Origin: Solirubrobacterales bacterium
Lineage (GTDB): Bacteria; Actinomycetota; Thermoleophilia; Solirubrobacterales; JACPNS01
Length of the DNA: 51,936 nt
Assembly: GCA_049608465.1 (NCBI GenBank)
Contig: JBMYXO010000004.1
Span: 5,187-57,122, forward strand
Direction: 5' to 3'
Shown: positions 10,211-19,586 of the stretch, in pieces
Layout of the letters: every line of letters begins with the position of its first letter
How positions within the stretch are numbered: the stretch's first letter is position 1
The notes under the pieces: generated by a model
Told to the model about the DNA's origin: nothing
The model's database searches: none
What the model saw: only the letters and a program-made list of their open reading frames with translations
Position numbers and translations under genes: made by a program

Positions 10211-12502
10211 ATGAGTCGTTTTGTTGAGCACCGCGTTGCGGTGCAGGTCGGTGAAACCGAGATGTCGTTCACGACCGGAAAGCTCGCCAAGCAGGCTGGC
10301 GGAGCTGTTGTAGTCCAGGGTGGAGACACCGTCGTACTTGTTACGGCGACCGCCGGAGCCGACCGAGGCATGGACTTTCTCCCGCTGACGGTCGACGTCG
10401 AAGAGCGGATGTACGCCAAGGGGAAGATCCCTGGTTCTTTCTTCAAGCGCGAGGGCCGTTCAGGCGAAAAGGCGACTTTGGTCTGCCGCATGATCGACCG
10501 CCCGCTTCGTCCGTTGTTCCCGAACGGCTGGCGTCGCGACACGCAGATCGTTGCGATGCCGCTGTCGGTCGACGAGATCAACCCGTACGACATCCTCGCT
10601 ATGAACGGTGCCTCAGCGGCGCTGATGATCAGCGACGTGCCGTACGTCACGCCGATCGGTGCAGTCCGCATCGGTCTGATCGAGGGCCAGTTCGTCGTCA
10701 ACCCGGACGAGGACTCACTCCTCCCGGAGGGCGAGAGCTCGCTTGACCTAGTTGTCGCAGGTAGCTCCGAGGCCATTCTGATGGTCGAGGCAGGCGCCGA
10801 CGAAGTGACCGAAGCCGAAGTGCTCGACGCACTCGACATCGCTCACACCGAGATCAAGAAGATCTGCGAAGCCCAAGAAGAACTGCGCAAGCTCGCCGGC
10901 AAGGAGAAGATTGAATTTGAGGCTCCGGCGGTCGACGAGTCACTGGTTACCGAAGTCGAGAGCAGCCACGGCGCCGCGATGCGCGAAGCCGTAACCGTTC
11001 CCGAGAAGCTCGAACGCTACGCCAAGATCGATGAAGTCAAGGCCGCGATCGGCGAGGCATACGCGCCCGCCGACGACGCCGACGAAGAGGTGGCCGAACA
11101 GCGCGTAAAGGACGTCAGCAAGGCGGCCGGTGCGCTCGAAAAGAACATCACCCGCCAGATGATTGCCGTCGAAAAGAAGCGTCCCGACGGCCGCGCCCAG
11201 GATGAAATCCGTCCGATCGAGTGCGAAGCGGGCATCATTCCACGTACGCACGGCTCGGGTCTGTTCACACGTGGCGAGACCCAGATCATGTCGATCGCAT
11301 CGCTTGGCACAACCCGCGAAGAAATGCGCCTCGACACGCTCGGTCTCGAAACCACCAAGCGCTACTTCCACCACTACAACTTCCCGCCGTTCAGCGTCGG
11401 TGAAGCTGGCTTCATGCGTGGTCCCAAGCGCCGCGACATCGGTCACGGTGCCCTCGCCGAGCGCGCCCTCGTACCGGTGATCCCGAGCACCGAGGACTTC
11501 CCGTACACGATTCGCGTCGTCTCGGAAACGCTCGAGTCGAACGGCTCGAGCTCGATGGGTTCGGTCTGTGGATCGACGATGAGCCTGATGGACGCCGGTG
11601 TGCCGATCAAGAAGCCGGTTTCCGGCATCGCGATGGGTCTGATCAAGGAGGGCGATGACTACATCGTGCTCTCCGACATCGCCGGCGTCGAGGACCACCT
11701 CGGTGACATGGACTTCAAGGTCGCCGGTACCCCCGACGGCATCACCGCTCTGCAGATGGACATCAAGATCACCGGTGTGACGATCGAGATCCTCAAGGAC
11801 GCCCTGGCCCAGGCCAAGGAAGGTCGCTCGTTCATCCTTTCGAAGATGTTCGAGGCGATCGATCGTCCGCGCGAGGAGATGTCCGAGTACGCGCCGCGCA
11901 TCAGCTCGATCAAGATCGACCAGGACAAGATCGGCGTCGTGATCGGCAAGGGCGGCGAGACGATCCGCGCGCTCTGCGAGGAGTTCGAATCCGAGATCAA
12001 CGTCGAAGACGATGGAACGATCCAGGTCTACAGCACCTCCGGCGCGATGGGCGAACGCCTCGTCGACCGGATTCGCTCGATGACCAAGGAAGTCGAACTT
12101 GGTGATGAGTTCACTGGCACGGTCGTGAAGACGACCACCTTCGGCGCCTTCGTCGAACTGACCAAGGGCACCGACGGACTGCTGCACATCAGCAACGTCA
12201 AACCAGGTGAGCGCGTTGAGACGGTCGAAGACGTCCTCGAACGTGGCGAGTCGATCGAGGTCCGCGTCGTCGAAGTCGATGCCGACCGCGGACGCATCGG
12301 TCTGCGTCTGTCATCAGACCCGGCGATTCAGGGCAAAAGCGCAGCTGAACTCGTCGACATCGGTGCAGGCACCGGTGGCGGTGGCGGCGGCCGTGACCGC
12401 GGTGGCGACCGTGGCGGCCGCGGCGGCGGCGGACGCAACGGCGGGGGCGGCGGAGGCCGTGACCGCGGCGAGCGTCGACCGCGCGAACGCAATCGCGACT
12501 AG
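10211..12502 (+). CDS. pnp: Polyribonucleotide nucleotidyltransferase (PNPase) with an Arg/Gly-rich C-terminal tail
   Basis: Two RNase PH domains, KH ('IGKGGETIRAL') and S1 ('GAFVELTKGTDGLLHIS'). The tail reads 'GGGGGGRDRGGDRGGRGGGGRNGGGGGGRDRGERRPRERNRD'. Confidence 0.97.
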   Translation: MSRFVEHRVAVQVGETEMSFTTGKLAKQAGGAVVVQGGDTVVLVTATAGADRGMDFLPLTVDVEERMYAKGKIPGSFFKREGRSGEKATLVCRMIDRPLRPLFPNGWRRDTQIVAMPLSVDEINPYDILAMNGASAALMISDVPYVTPIGAVRIGLIEGQFVVNPDEDSLLPEGESSLDLVVAGSSEAILMVEAGADEVTEAEVLDALDIAHTEIKKICEAQEELRKLAGKEKIEFEAPAVDESLVTEVESSHGAAMREAVTVPEKLERYAKIDEVKAAIGEAYAPADDADEEVAEQRVKDVSKAAGALEKNITRQMIAVEKKRPDGRAQDEIRPIECEAGIIPRTHGSGLFTRGETQIMSIASLGTTREEMRLDTLGLETTKRYFHHYNFPPFSVGEAGFMRGPKRRDIGHGALAERALVPVIPSTEDFPYTIRVVSETLESNGSSSMGSVCGSTMSLMDAGVPIKKPVSGIAMGLIKEGDDYIVLSDIAGVEDHLGDMDFKVAGTPDGITALQMDIKITGVTIEILKDALAQAKEGRSFILSKMFEAIDRPREEMSEYAPRISSIKIDQDKIGVVIGKGGETIRALCEEFESEINVEDDGTIQVYSTSGAMGERLVDRIRSMTKEVELGDEFTGTVVKTTTFGAFVELTKGTDGLLHISNVKPGERVETVEDVLERGESIEVRVVEVDADRGRIGLRLSSDPAIQGKSAAELVDIGAGTGGGGGGRDRGGDRGGRGGGGRNGGGGGGRDRGERRPRERNRD

Positions 12503-12520
12503 TTCACAGACAGTCTGAAT

Positions 12521-12556
12521 CGACAACGCCTCCGGCATCAGCCGGGGGCGTTGTCG
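12521..12556 (+). terminator. Hairpin after pnp (terminator candidate without a U-tract)
   Basis: cgacaacgcctccggc atca gccgggggcgttgtcg, with one mismatch. Confidence 0.5.
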
Positions 12557-12593
12557 CTTGAAGGGACGTGTCGCCGCCGCCTGTGTCAAGATC

Positions 12594-13895
12594 ATGGCCG
12601 CCTTGACTGACCAATCTCACCAACTGACCACCCTCGACAACGGGCTGCGAATCGTCACCGAACGATTCGATCAGGTTCGGTCGATCGCGCTTTCCGTGAT
12701 GGTCGGCGTTGGTTCGCGAAACGAAACGGCGGGACAGGCCGGTCTCTCGCATTTTCTCGAGCATCTGCTGTTCAAGGGCACCGACCGCTACAGCTCCAAC
12801 GAGATCGACGAGCTGTTCGACTCGATCGGCGCCGAAATCAATGCTTCGACGAACAAAGAAGTGACGACCGTCTACGCGCGCTTCCTGGACAATCACCTCG
12901 AGAAGGCCTTCGACGTGATGAGCGACATGGTCATGCGTTCGACCTTCGAGGACATCGACGCCGAGCGTCAGGTCGTGATCGAAGAAATCGCAATGTACGA
13001 GGACGAGCCGTCCGACATCGTTTTTGATCTGCTCGGGCAACACGTTTTCGGCGATACTCCGCTGGGCAGACGCATCATCGGCACCGAACAGGTTGTCGGT
13101 GGGGTGTCCGTACCCGAGATCGCCGCCTACCGCGACGCTCAATACGTGCCGTCAAACATCGTCATCGCTGCCGCAGGTGCCGTTGACCACGACGAACTCG
13201 TCGCTCTGGCAAGGGCGAATGGCTTCGATCGACCCGGCCAGGCTCCGGATTGGGATCCGGCGTCACCGCCGACGGCGGCGAGTTTCGGGTTCTTCGAGAA
13301 GGAGACCGAACAGGTCAATGTCGCCCTCGGTGCGCCGGGTTTGGCCCGCGACGATGACCGCCGCTTCGCGATGATGATCCTCAACACGATCTTTGGCAGC
13401 AGCACGACCTCGCGCCTCTTCCAAGAGGTGCGCGAGAAGCGCGGTCTCGCATACTCGGTCTACAGCTACAACGCTATGTATCGCGACACGGGGGAGGTCG
13501 GGCTCTACGTCGGCACGCGCCCCGACCGAATCGCCGAGTCGATCGAGATCTTCGCCCGTGAGCTCCAGCATCTCGTCGAAGAACCGGCGACCGAAGCCGA
13601 GTTTTCTCGCGCGAAGGAAAACCTCAAAGGTCGCACGGCGCTGTCGATGGAGTCGCCGATGGGGCGGATGATGCAGATCGGTGGGTCGACCTTGTTCGGC
13701 GTGCCGATTCTCTCACTCGACGACATCGAGCAGAAGATCGACGTCGTGACAATTGAAGACCTCGAGGCTCTTGCGAGTGAGTTCTACCGCCCCGAGCGGT
13801 TCAATGTCGCTGCCGTGGGCAGCGCGGAGGAAACGATTCGCAAGGCATTGCAGCCGCTGAACAAAGCACTTGCAGAGGCACCGCTTGCGGCATGA
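12594..13895 (+). CDS. M16-family zinc peptidase (PepR-like)
   Basis: Inverted zinc motif 'HFLEHLLFKGT'. ATG 12594 is chosen because the track start at 12558 lies in the terminator hairpin. Confidence 0.88.
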   Translation: MAALTDQSHQLTTLDNGLRIVTERFDQVRSIALSVMVGVGSRNETAGQAGLSHFLEHLLFKGTDRYSSNEIDELFDSIGAEINASTNKEVTTVYARFLDNHLEKAFDVMSDMVMRSTFEDIDAERQVVIEEIAMYEDEPSDIVFDLLGQHVFGDTPLGRRIIGTEQVVGGVSVPEIAAYRDAQYVPSNIVIAAAGAVDHDELVALARANGFDRPGQAPDWDPASPPTAASFGFFEKETEQVNVALGAPGLARDDDRRFAMMILNTIFGSSTTSRLFQEVREKRGLAYSVYSYNAMYRDTGEVGLYVGTRPDRIAESIEIFARELQHLVEEPATEAEFSRAKENLKGRTALSMESPMGRMMQIGGSTLFGVPILSLDDIEQKIDVVTIEDLEALASEFYRPERFNVAAVGSAEETIRKALQPLNKALAEAPLAA

Positions 13896-14575
13896 GTGAC
13901 GGCTCCGCGATTCGCGTTGCGGTCTCTGGTGCCGCGGGCAAGATGGGCCGAGCCGTCGTCGCAGCGATCGAAGGCGCCGACGACCTTGTGCTCACGGGTC
14001 AAGCCGATCCGTCACTCGGCGTCGCCCTCGCCGACGTACTCGAACAGGCCGACGTCGTCGTTGACTTCACGCAACCGGACACCGCGCTGGAGAATGCTCG
14101 TCTGATCGTCGAATCTGGCACGCATGCGGTGATCGGTACGACAGGCGTGGATTTCCATGAACTCGACGACCTGCTGGCCGAACCGCAGAGCGGAAACCTC
14201 TTCTTCGCGCCCAACTTCGCGATCGGTGCCGTGATGTTGATGGAACTTTCGAAAATCGCGGCCAAATCAATGCCCGAATGCGAGATCGTCGAACTGCATC
14301 ACCCGGCCAAACTCGATGCACCGAGTGGGACGGCGCGGCGCACGCAAGATTTGATCGAGGCGGCCGGAGGCAGGGTCCACCAGCCGATCCACTCGATTCG
14401 ATTGCCGGGGGTGATCGCCAGTCAGGAAGTCACCTTTGGAGAAGTCGGTCAAACGCTGAGCATTCGGCACGAGACGTATTCGCGAGAATCGTTCATGCCC
14501 GGCGTATTGCTGGCCGTCCGCAGGGTCGCAGACCTGCCGAAGGGCCTGACGATCGGCCTCGAAACGCTGCTTTAG
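13892..14575 (+). CDS. dapB: 4-hydroxy-tetrahydrodipicolinate reductase
   Basis: 'VAVSGAAGKMG' and 'ELHHPAKLDAPSGTA'. 4-nt overlap with the upstream gene. Confidence 0.9.
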   Translation: MSDGSAIRVAVSGAAGKMGRAVVAAIEGADDLVLTGQADPSLGVALADVLEQADVVVDFTQPDTALENARLIVESGTHAVIGTTGVDFHELDDLLAEPQSGNLFFAPNFAIGAVMLMELSKIAAKSMPECEIVELHHPAKLDAPSGTARRTQDLIEAAGGRVHQPIHSIRLPGVIASQEVTFGEVGQTLSIRHETYSRESFMPGVLLAVRRVADLPKGLTIGLETLL

Positions 14576-14576
14576 T

Positions 14577-15275
14577 TCAACCTGACGGATCTGAAATCTC
14601 GAGGTGCGATGGCCGGTCCCCGAGTGCCGCGAAGAACTCGGTCGTCGGTAGGCCGACGATCCCTCGTTCAGTCAGAAATCGTTCGATGTAAGACGCGACC
14701 ATGTCCACGTATCTTCCCATCTGTTCATTCTGCGACTCGATGCTGAAGCCGTTGGTGAGGATGTATTCGAGCGCTCTGTCGCCGAGCCTGGTGAACAGGT
14801 CTGGCTGGTAATCGGGCGCACCCTCGGCGACCATGCCAGTCTTCTCCACGGCTTCGGCCAACCAAGCTCCCGTGCGAGCGTCCATCTGTTTGATGCGATC
14901 GCTGACAAGCGGGCTACGCGAGTCACTGAACCATACGGGCACGATCGCCGGGTGGGCCTGGTGATACTCGAGGTGGGCAAACATGCCTGCCGCGAGCAGT
15001 GAGCGAAACGACACGCGTTTCAGCTTCAGAACCGCTTCGGCTGTGGCTAGGTCCATCGCCTCCATTTCTCGGTCGAGAAACGATGCGGCTATCTCGTCGC
15101 GATCCCTGAAGTAGCGGTAAACGGTCGAACTGGGGATTCCCGTTCTGCGCGCAATTTCTCGGATTGTCAACTCCTCAAGCCCAGCAGCGATGATTATTTC
15201 GTTCGCAGCAGCGAGTATCGCGTCCACGCGATCTCGACTGCGTTGTTGCTTGGGTACGCGCCGGCGTTCACTCAT
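14577..15275 (-). CDS. TetR/AcrR-family transcriptional regulator
   Basis: N-terminal HTH 'LTIREIARRTGIPSSTVYRYFRDRDEI'. Confidence 0.85.
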   Translation of the reverse strand: MSERRRVPKQQRSRDRVDAILAAANEIIIAAGLEELTIREIARRTGIPSSTVYRYFRDRDEIAASFLDREMEAMDLATAEAVLKLKRVSFRSLLAAGMFAHLEYHQAHPAIVPVWFSDSRSPLVSDRIKQMDARTGAWLAEAVEKTGMVAEGAPDYQPDLFTRLGDRALEYILTNGFSIESQNEQMGRYVDMVASYIERFLTERGIVGLPTTEFFAALGDRPSHLEISDPSG

Positions 15276-15352
15276 TTGTGGGAGAGTTTACGGACGAGTA
15301 AGTTAAACCCTCGTCGAGCATGAAAATGACCGACGACGGCAGCGAACGGAAA

Positions 15353-15748
15353 TCAGCGCTTGACGCGCAGCGTCGACCGCATGCCGAGTGCTTTGTGCTT
15401 GGGCAGGGTGCACCAGAACACATACGTTCCACGCCGTACGGTCATCGTCATCACGTCGCGTTCTCTGGGGCGTATTTCGCGCATCGTGCGGGTGTATGCG
15501 GATCCCTTGCGGGAGATCGCAAGATCATGGTCGTCTTCGCCGAAATTGACGAACTCAACTCGGAGTTTGCCGGGCCGGACGGTGCGTCTCGACAGCGAGA
15601 TGCGAAACTCGCGTCCGGTGACTTGAATCGCACTGCGTGCCGCTGATTCGATCTCGTGGTTGGCGGGACGACTGGTGCCGGCGGACGCTGCGCCGACCAC
15701 AAGCAAACTCAACATCGTGGCGAGTGCGATTGCGTTGCGCGCGTTCAT
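15353..15748 (-). CDS. Secreted cupredoxin-like (type-1 copper) protein
   Basis: Sec signal 'ALATMLSLLVVGAASA'. Candidate Cu ligands are His in 'GEDDHDL' and 'CTLPKHKALGM' (Cys-x4-His-x4-Met). The start overlaps the DUF1501 stop. Confidence 0.7.
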   Translation of the reverse strand: MNARNAIALATMLSLLVVGAASAGTSRPANHEIESAARSAIQVTGREFRISLSRRTVRPGKLRVEFVNFGEDDHDLAISRKGSAYTRTMREIRPRERDVMTMTVRRGTYVFWCTLPKHKALGMRSTLRVKR

Positions 15749-17160
15749 CAGTTGAGAATCGACGGGGTGGCGAAGCTGCGTACTTTCGGCATGACGCGAG
15801 CCGAATCAAACCCCATCCACTGATCGAGGATTGCGCCGTGGAGTGCGCGGTAGTCGAGACTCGGGCGCATGTTGCCGTCGCGATCAAGGTTTGAAACCCC
15901 CGTCCATTCGCCGAGCAATTGACGTTGTACGCGCGTGCCCATGAGCATCGCCATGCCAGCTGCTCCGTGGTCTGTGCCGGCGGATCCGTTCTCCTTGACG
16001 CGTCGACCGAACTCCGTCCATACCTCGACCAGAACGCGGTGGGCAAGTCCCCTGGCCTCGAGGTCTCGCTGAAAGGCGAGCAGGGTGTCCGCTGCGGCCT
16101 TGATGTTGCGTTCGAAATCATCCTTCTGATCGTCATGCGTGTCGTAACCGCCGGAAGCTCGAACCGTCACGCAGCGCAGCGGCAGACCGATCGCCAGCAT
16201 TGCGGCGAGCGACTGCATTCGATCGGGAAAATCGCCACCTTCGGTTGGGTACTCGACCGGCGAGGTCAGCGCCGGTGGCCGGTTGTCCTCGTCGGTGGCG
16301 AACGGCAAGAGTTGACGGCGCAGCTGCATCGACTGCTCAGAAGCCTTCGCTGCGGTGCGCAATCCCTTGTCCCTGCTGTTCTTGTTTGCAGCCCCCAGTT
16401 GTTCGAGCGAGTTGACCATGGCATCGTCAACTCCGCCCCAGACATTGTTGTGTCCGAAGCGGTAAGAGCTCGGCTGCGAAATCGCCGCTACGGCGGTGTG
16501 CGCGGGTGCGAGCGAAGGGCTGAGGCTGTAGTCCAGCGAGAGCCCTTGCAACGGGTTGTCGGGGTTGCCAACGACGTCCAAGTATCGGCCGAGCCAGCCG
16601 GTCTGGAGGCGCGGATTGAGATCTCCGACCTCCCAGTAGTGGCGCGAGGTGAAGTGCGATTGATCGGGGTTCTCGTACCCGATCGACGGCGCGACCGCAA
16701 GCTTGCCCTCTTCGTGGAGGGTTCGCAGCGAATCCGCAACCGGATTCCAACGCAGGCGCGGGTCGTCGGCGAAAGGCGTGCCGATGTCGCTGGGTAGAGC
16801 GAGCGTGGGGCGGAGTTGCCGATAGATCGGATCTTCGACCGGCGCAAGGATCGAGAGCGAGTCCGCGCCGCCATCGAGGTAGATCGAGACCAGGACGGGA
16901 TCGGGTGGCCCGGCAGCGGCTTCCGCGATGGCTTCGCCCATCCTCATCGGATCCAGATGCATTGCCCCGTAGACCGTCAGCATGAACGCTCCGCTTCGCA
17001 GCAGGAATTGACGGCGGGAAAGACCTGTACCGGCCGGCATCGGCATGCCGGGCTCGATCTGCGGGAGTCCGCTGCCTGCGGTCGCTGCCGCGTCGCGCAA
17101 CAGCTGAGCGCGATTGAATTCGTCGCATGCGTGGCTGGAAATCTTTTTCTTTGCTGTCAT
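15748..17160 (-). CDS. DUF1501-family protein with a twin-arginine signal
   Basis: Tat motif 'SRRQFLLRSGAF', followed by the 'GGADSLS...' sulfatase/phosphatase-like core typical of DUF1501. The family was recognised from memory. Confidence 0.75.
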   Translation of the reverse strand: MTAKKKISSHACDEFNRAQLLRDAAATAGSGLPQIEPGMPMPAGTGLSRRQFLLRSGAFMLTVYGAMHLDPMRMGEAIAEAAAGPPDPVLVSIYLDGGADSLSILAPVEDPIYRQLRPTLALPSDIGTPFADDPRLRWNPVADSLRTLHEEGKLAVAPSIGYENPDQSHFTSRHYWEVGDLNPRLQTGWLGRYLDVVGNPDNPLQGLSLDYSLSPSLAPAHTAVAAISQPSSYRFGHNNVWGGVDDAMVNSLEQLGAANKNSRDKGLRTAAKASEQSMQLRRQLLPFATDEDNRPPALTSPVEYPTEGGDFPDRMQSLAAMLAIGLPLRCVTVRASGGYDTHDDQKDDFERNIKAAADTLLAFQRDLEARGLAHRVLVEVWTEFGRRVKENGSAGTDHGAAGMAMLMGTRVQRQLLGEWTGVSNLDRDGNMRPSLDYRALHGAILDQWMGFDSARVMPKVRSFATPSILN

Positions 17161-17180
17161 TTAGATCTTTTTGGTCGCGG

Positions 17181-18689
17181 TCAACAAGTTTGTTCGTCTG
17201 GGCTCATCGCCATCAATGTGCGCAGGGCGTTCTGACGCATCACGCGGTAGGGGCGTTTTCGCCACTCTCTTTCATCGGCCTGGGCTCCAGCGGTACGAGC
17301 AAAATCGAGCAGTACGGCGTTGGTGGTCGACGACAACGTCGGGTTTCCCCAGAACGTCTTTACGGCGGCAAGCGCCTGCTCCGCCGTTTCATCGGCCGGC
17401 CAGCTGTCGACGACTGCGGCATTGCCGGGGTCGAGGATCACGTCACGGGTCGCCTCGCGCGCGACATTCCAGCGTCCGCGGAACGTCCCTGTGTCGAGCC
17501 AGTGGTCGTCGTCCCAACCGCTCACATTCGGCGGGAAGAAAAGACGTTGACCGGTGAGCTCTGAAAGCCATGCCCACGAGTCGGTCGTCAACCCGGCGTT
17601 TCGGGTGCGCATCAGCCCAGCGGTGAAGACGATCGGTGGTTTCACCATGCGCGGTCCCTTGTACATCGCCGGGTGCATCAGAATCGCCTGCACCACCGGT
17701 TTGATGCGGTAACCGCCGCGGATGTAAATGGCGCGAAGCTTTTTGTAGTCGCGGCCCTTCAGCGGGACGGGGATGAAGTAGCTCCAGAGCTTTCGCACGA
17801 AGAACCCGGCATGATCCGGGTGCTTGAGGCACAGCATGCACGCGTCTTTCCAGTCGTATCGTCCGCGCTTCTTGAAGATCTTCTTGATCCCGGCGTCGTG
17901 ACGAGAACGCACGAACCGAAAGCTCGCCGGTCCAGAATCGGTCCATTTGGTCGACCATCCGGTCAGCGCCCGGGCCTGTTCACGAACGTCCTTCTCGGTG
18001 TAGCGTGCGTTGGCACCGAGCGTGAACAACTCCATCAACTCTCGCGCGTAGTTCTCGTTCGGATTGCCCTTTTCGTTCTCGGTCCCCGAAAGCCACAGCA
18101 GCATTGCCGGGTCCTTGGTGACGTTGAGTACCAAAGATCTGAACGATCCCAGAGCGCTGCGTCGAAACAGGTAGTTCTGACGAAGCATCAGTCGTTGGCT
18201 GCCGACGCCGTCGTTCGACGTCGCGAACCAGTCGTGCCAGATCAAAGTCATCCGTTCTTGCAGCGGGTTGTTGGTGCGGACCATTCGGTCGAGCCACCAG
18301 AGGTGGTCGTGACCCCAGGCATCCTCCGGTGTCAGCGGCTCCTTCAGTATCGGGGCGGGTCCGACCAGGCGCGTACCACCGCGGTGATTCACAAGCTTGT
18401 TGACGGAGCGTCGAAGTCCGAGTTTGGCGAAGCGCTCTGCCTCTCCGGGTCGCGGACCGAACCCCGCGCGCCAGAGCAGACGCTCGGCTTCGGCAACGCC
18501 GAAACGACCTTTGTGTACGGGGAATGACGTTCGTTTTCGCGACACTGACGGAGACTCGTCCACTCGGTGATGAATCGATGGGTCGGTCGCAAAAAAACGC
18601 AACCGCTCTGCCATTGAACCATCGGCGCACGGACGAGTTTCGATGAGCCCCAATCGAACGTCCAGAGCGCGCCTACTCGGTTTCTGCAC
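17181..18689 (-). CDS. DUF1800-family protein (start uncertain; ATG 18614 is a shorter alternative)
   Basis: About 480-500 aa, directly upstream of the DUF1501 gene (a recurrent pair). Motifs 'MTLIWHDWF' and 'ARELMELFTLG'. Confidence 0.7.
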   Translation of the reverse strand: MQKPSRRALDVRLGLIETRPCADGSMAERLRFFATDPSIHHRVDESPSVSRKRTSFPVHKGRFGVAEAERLLWRAGFGPRPGEAERFAKLGLRRSVNKLVNHRGGTRLVGPAPILKEPLTPEDAWGHDHLWWLDRMVRTNNPLQERMTLIWHDWFATSNDGVGSQRLMLRQNYLFRRSALGSFRSLVLNVTKDPAMLLWLSGTENEKGNPNENYARELMELFTLGANARYTEKDVREQARALTGWSTKWTDSGPASFRFVRSRHDAGIKKIFKKRGRYDWKDACMLCLKHPDHAGFFVRKLWSYFIPVPLKGRDYKKLRAIYIRGGYRIKPVVQAILMHPAMYKGPRMVKPPIVFTAGLMRTRNAGLTTDSWAWLSELTGQRLFFPPNVSGWDDDHWLDTGTFRGRWNVAREATRDVILDPGNAAVVDSWPADETAEQALAAVKTFWGNPTLSSTTNAVLLDFARTAGAQADEREWRKRPYRVMRQNALRTLMAMSPDEQTC

Positions 18690-18712
18690 GGCTACCCGCG
18701 TATGCTTGACGC

Positions 18713-19570
18713 ATGCCAGACCTCGGAGCGATAATCACAGCAATCGTGACACCGTTCGGCGACGATGGACGCGTCGACGAAGACGGATTCGTGCGCCTGC
18801 TCAAGCACTTGTCTGCCAATGGCAGCGACGGAGCCGTAGTGGCCGGTACGACCGGGGAGGCCTCCACTCTCGATGACGACGAACACCTGGCGTTGATCGA
18901 GTTGGCCGTCGAAGAGGCACCTGATGGCTTCTCGATCATCGCCGGAGCTGGGTCGAACGACACACGTCATGCCGTCAAACTGACGGCTAGTGCCAGCGAG
19001 CTTGGCGCAGACGCGATCCTTTCTGTGACTCCGTACTACAACCGACCGAACCGTCGGGGAGTGCTTCGCCACTACGAGGAAGTCGCGAAGTCGACTGACC
19101 TTCCGATCGTGCTGTACAACATTCCGTCTCGAACCGGCCTGGACATGCCCAACGACCTGCTGGCCGAATTGGCCCAGATCGAGAACATCGTCGGCGTCAA
19201 GCAGGCCAACAATGACAATCTTGCGATGGTCGACGGGCTGCAGCTCTATGCCGGCAACGACGATGTTTTGGCAGAAGTGCTCGACCTGGGCGGTAGTGGC
19301 GGGATACTCGTCGCGAGCCACATAGTCGGTGCCGAAATGCGTCGCATGGTCGACGAGCCGGACGAGCGCGCTTCGATCAATGAAGATCTTCAGGCCGTGT
19401 TCGAGGCCCTGAGCGTTGCACCGGCGGCAATCAGTACGAAGGCCACACTGGAGATGCTCGGCCTGCCCGGCGGCAAACCGCGACTTCCGTATGTCGAGGC
19501 CGACGAGTCCGAACGGGCGAAAATTCGCAAGATGCTCGAGGCCCGTGGTCTGGTCGGAGTGACAACTTGA
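18713..19570 (+). CDS. dapA: 4-hydroxy-tetrahydrodipicolinate synthase
   Basis: 'VVAGTTGEASTL', 'YYNRP', 'LYNIPSRTG'. Confidence 0.93.
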   Translation: MPDLGAIITAIVTPFGDDGRVDEDGFVRLLKHLSANGSDGAVVAGTTGEASTLDDDEHLALIELAVEEAPDGFSIIAGAGSNDTRHAVKLTASASELGADAILSVTPYYNRPNRRGVLRHYEEVAKSTDLPIVLYNIPSRTGLDMPNDLLAELAQIENIVGVKQANNDNLAMVDGLQLYAGNDDVLAEVLDLGGSGGILVASHIVGAEMRRMVDEPDERASINEDLQAVFEALSVAPAAISTKATLEMLGLPGGKPRLPYVEADESERAKIRKMLEARGLVGVTT

Positions 19571-19586
19571 TGACTGAGAGACCTGC

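Noticed and set aside
15293-15315. Hairpin gacgag / ctcgtc in the spacer between the cupredoxin stop and the TetR start. Possible terminator or TetR operator.
   Set aside because: Only a 6-bp stem with an 11-nt loop and no U-tract on the minus strand. Insufficient evidence.
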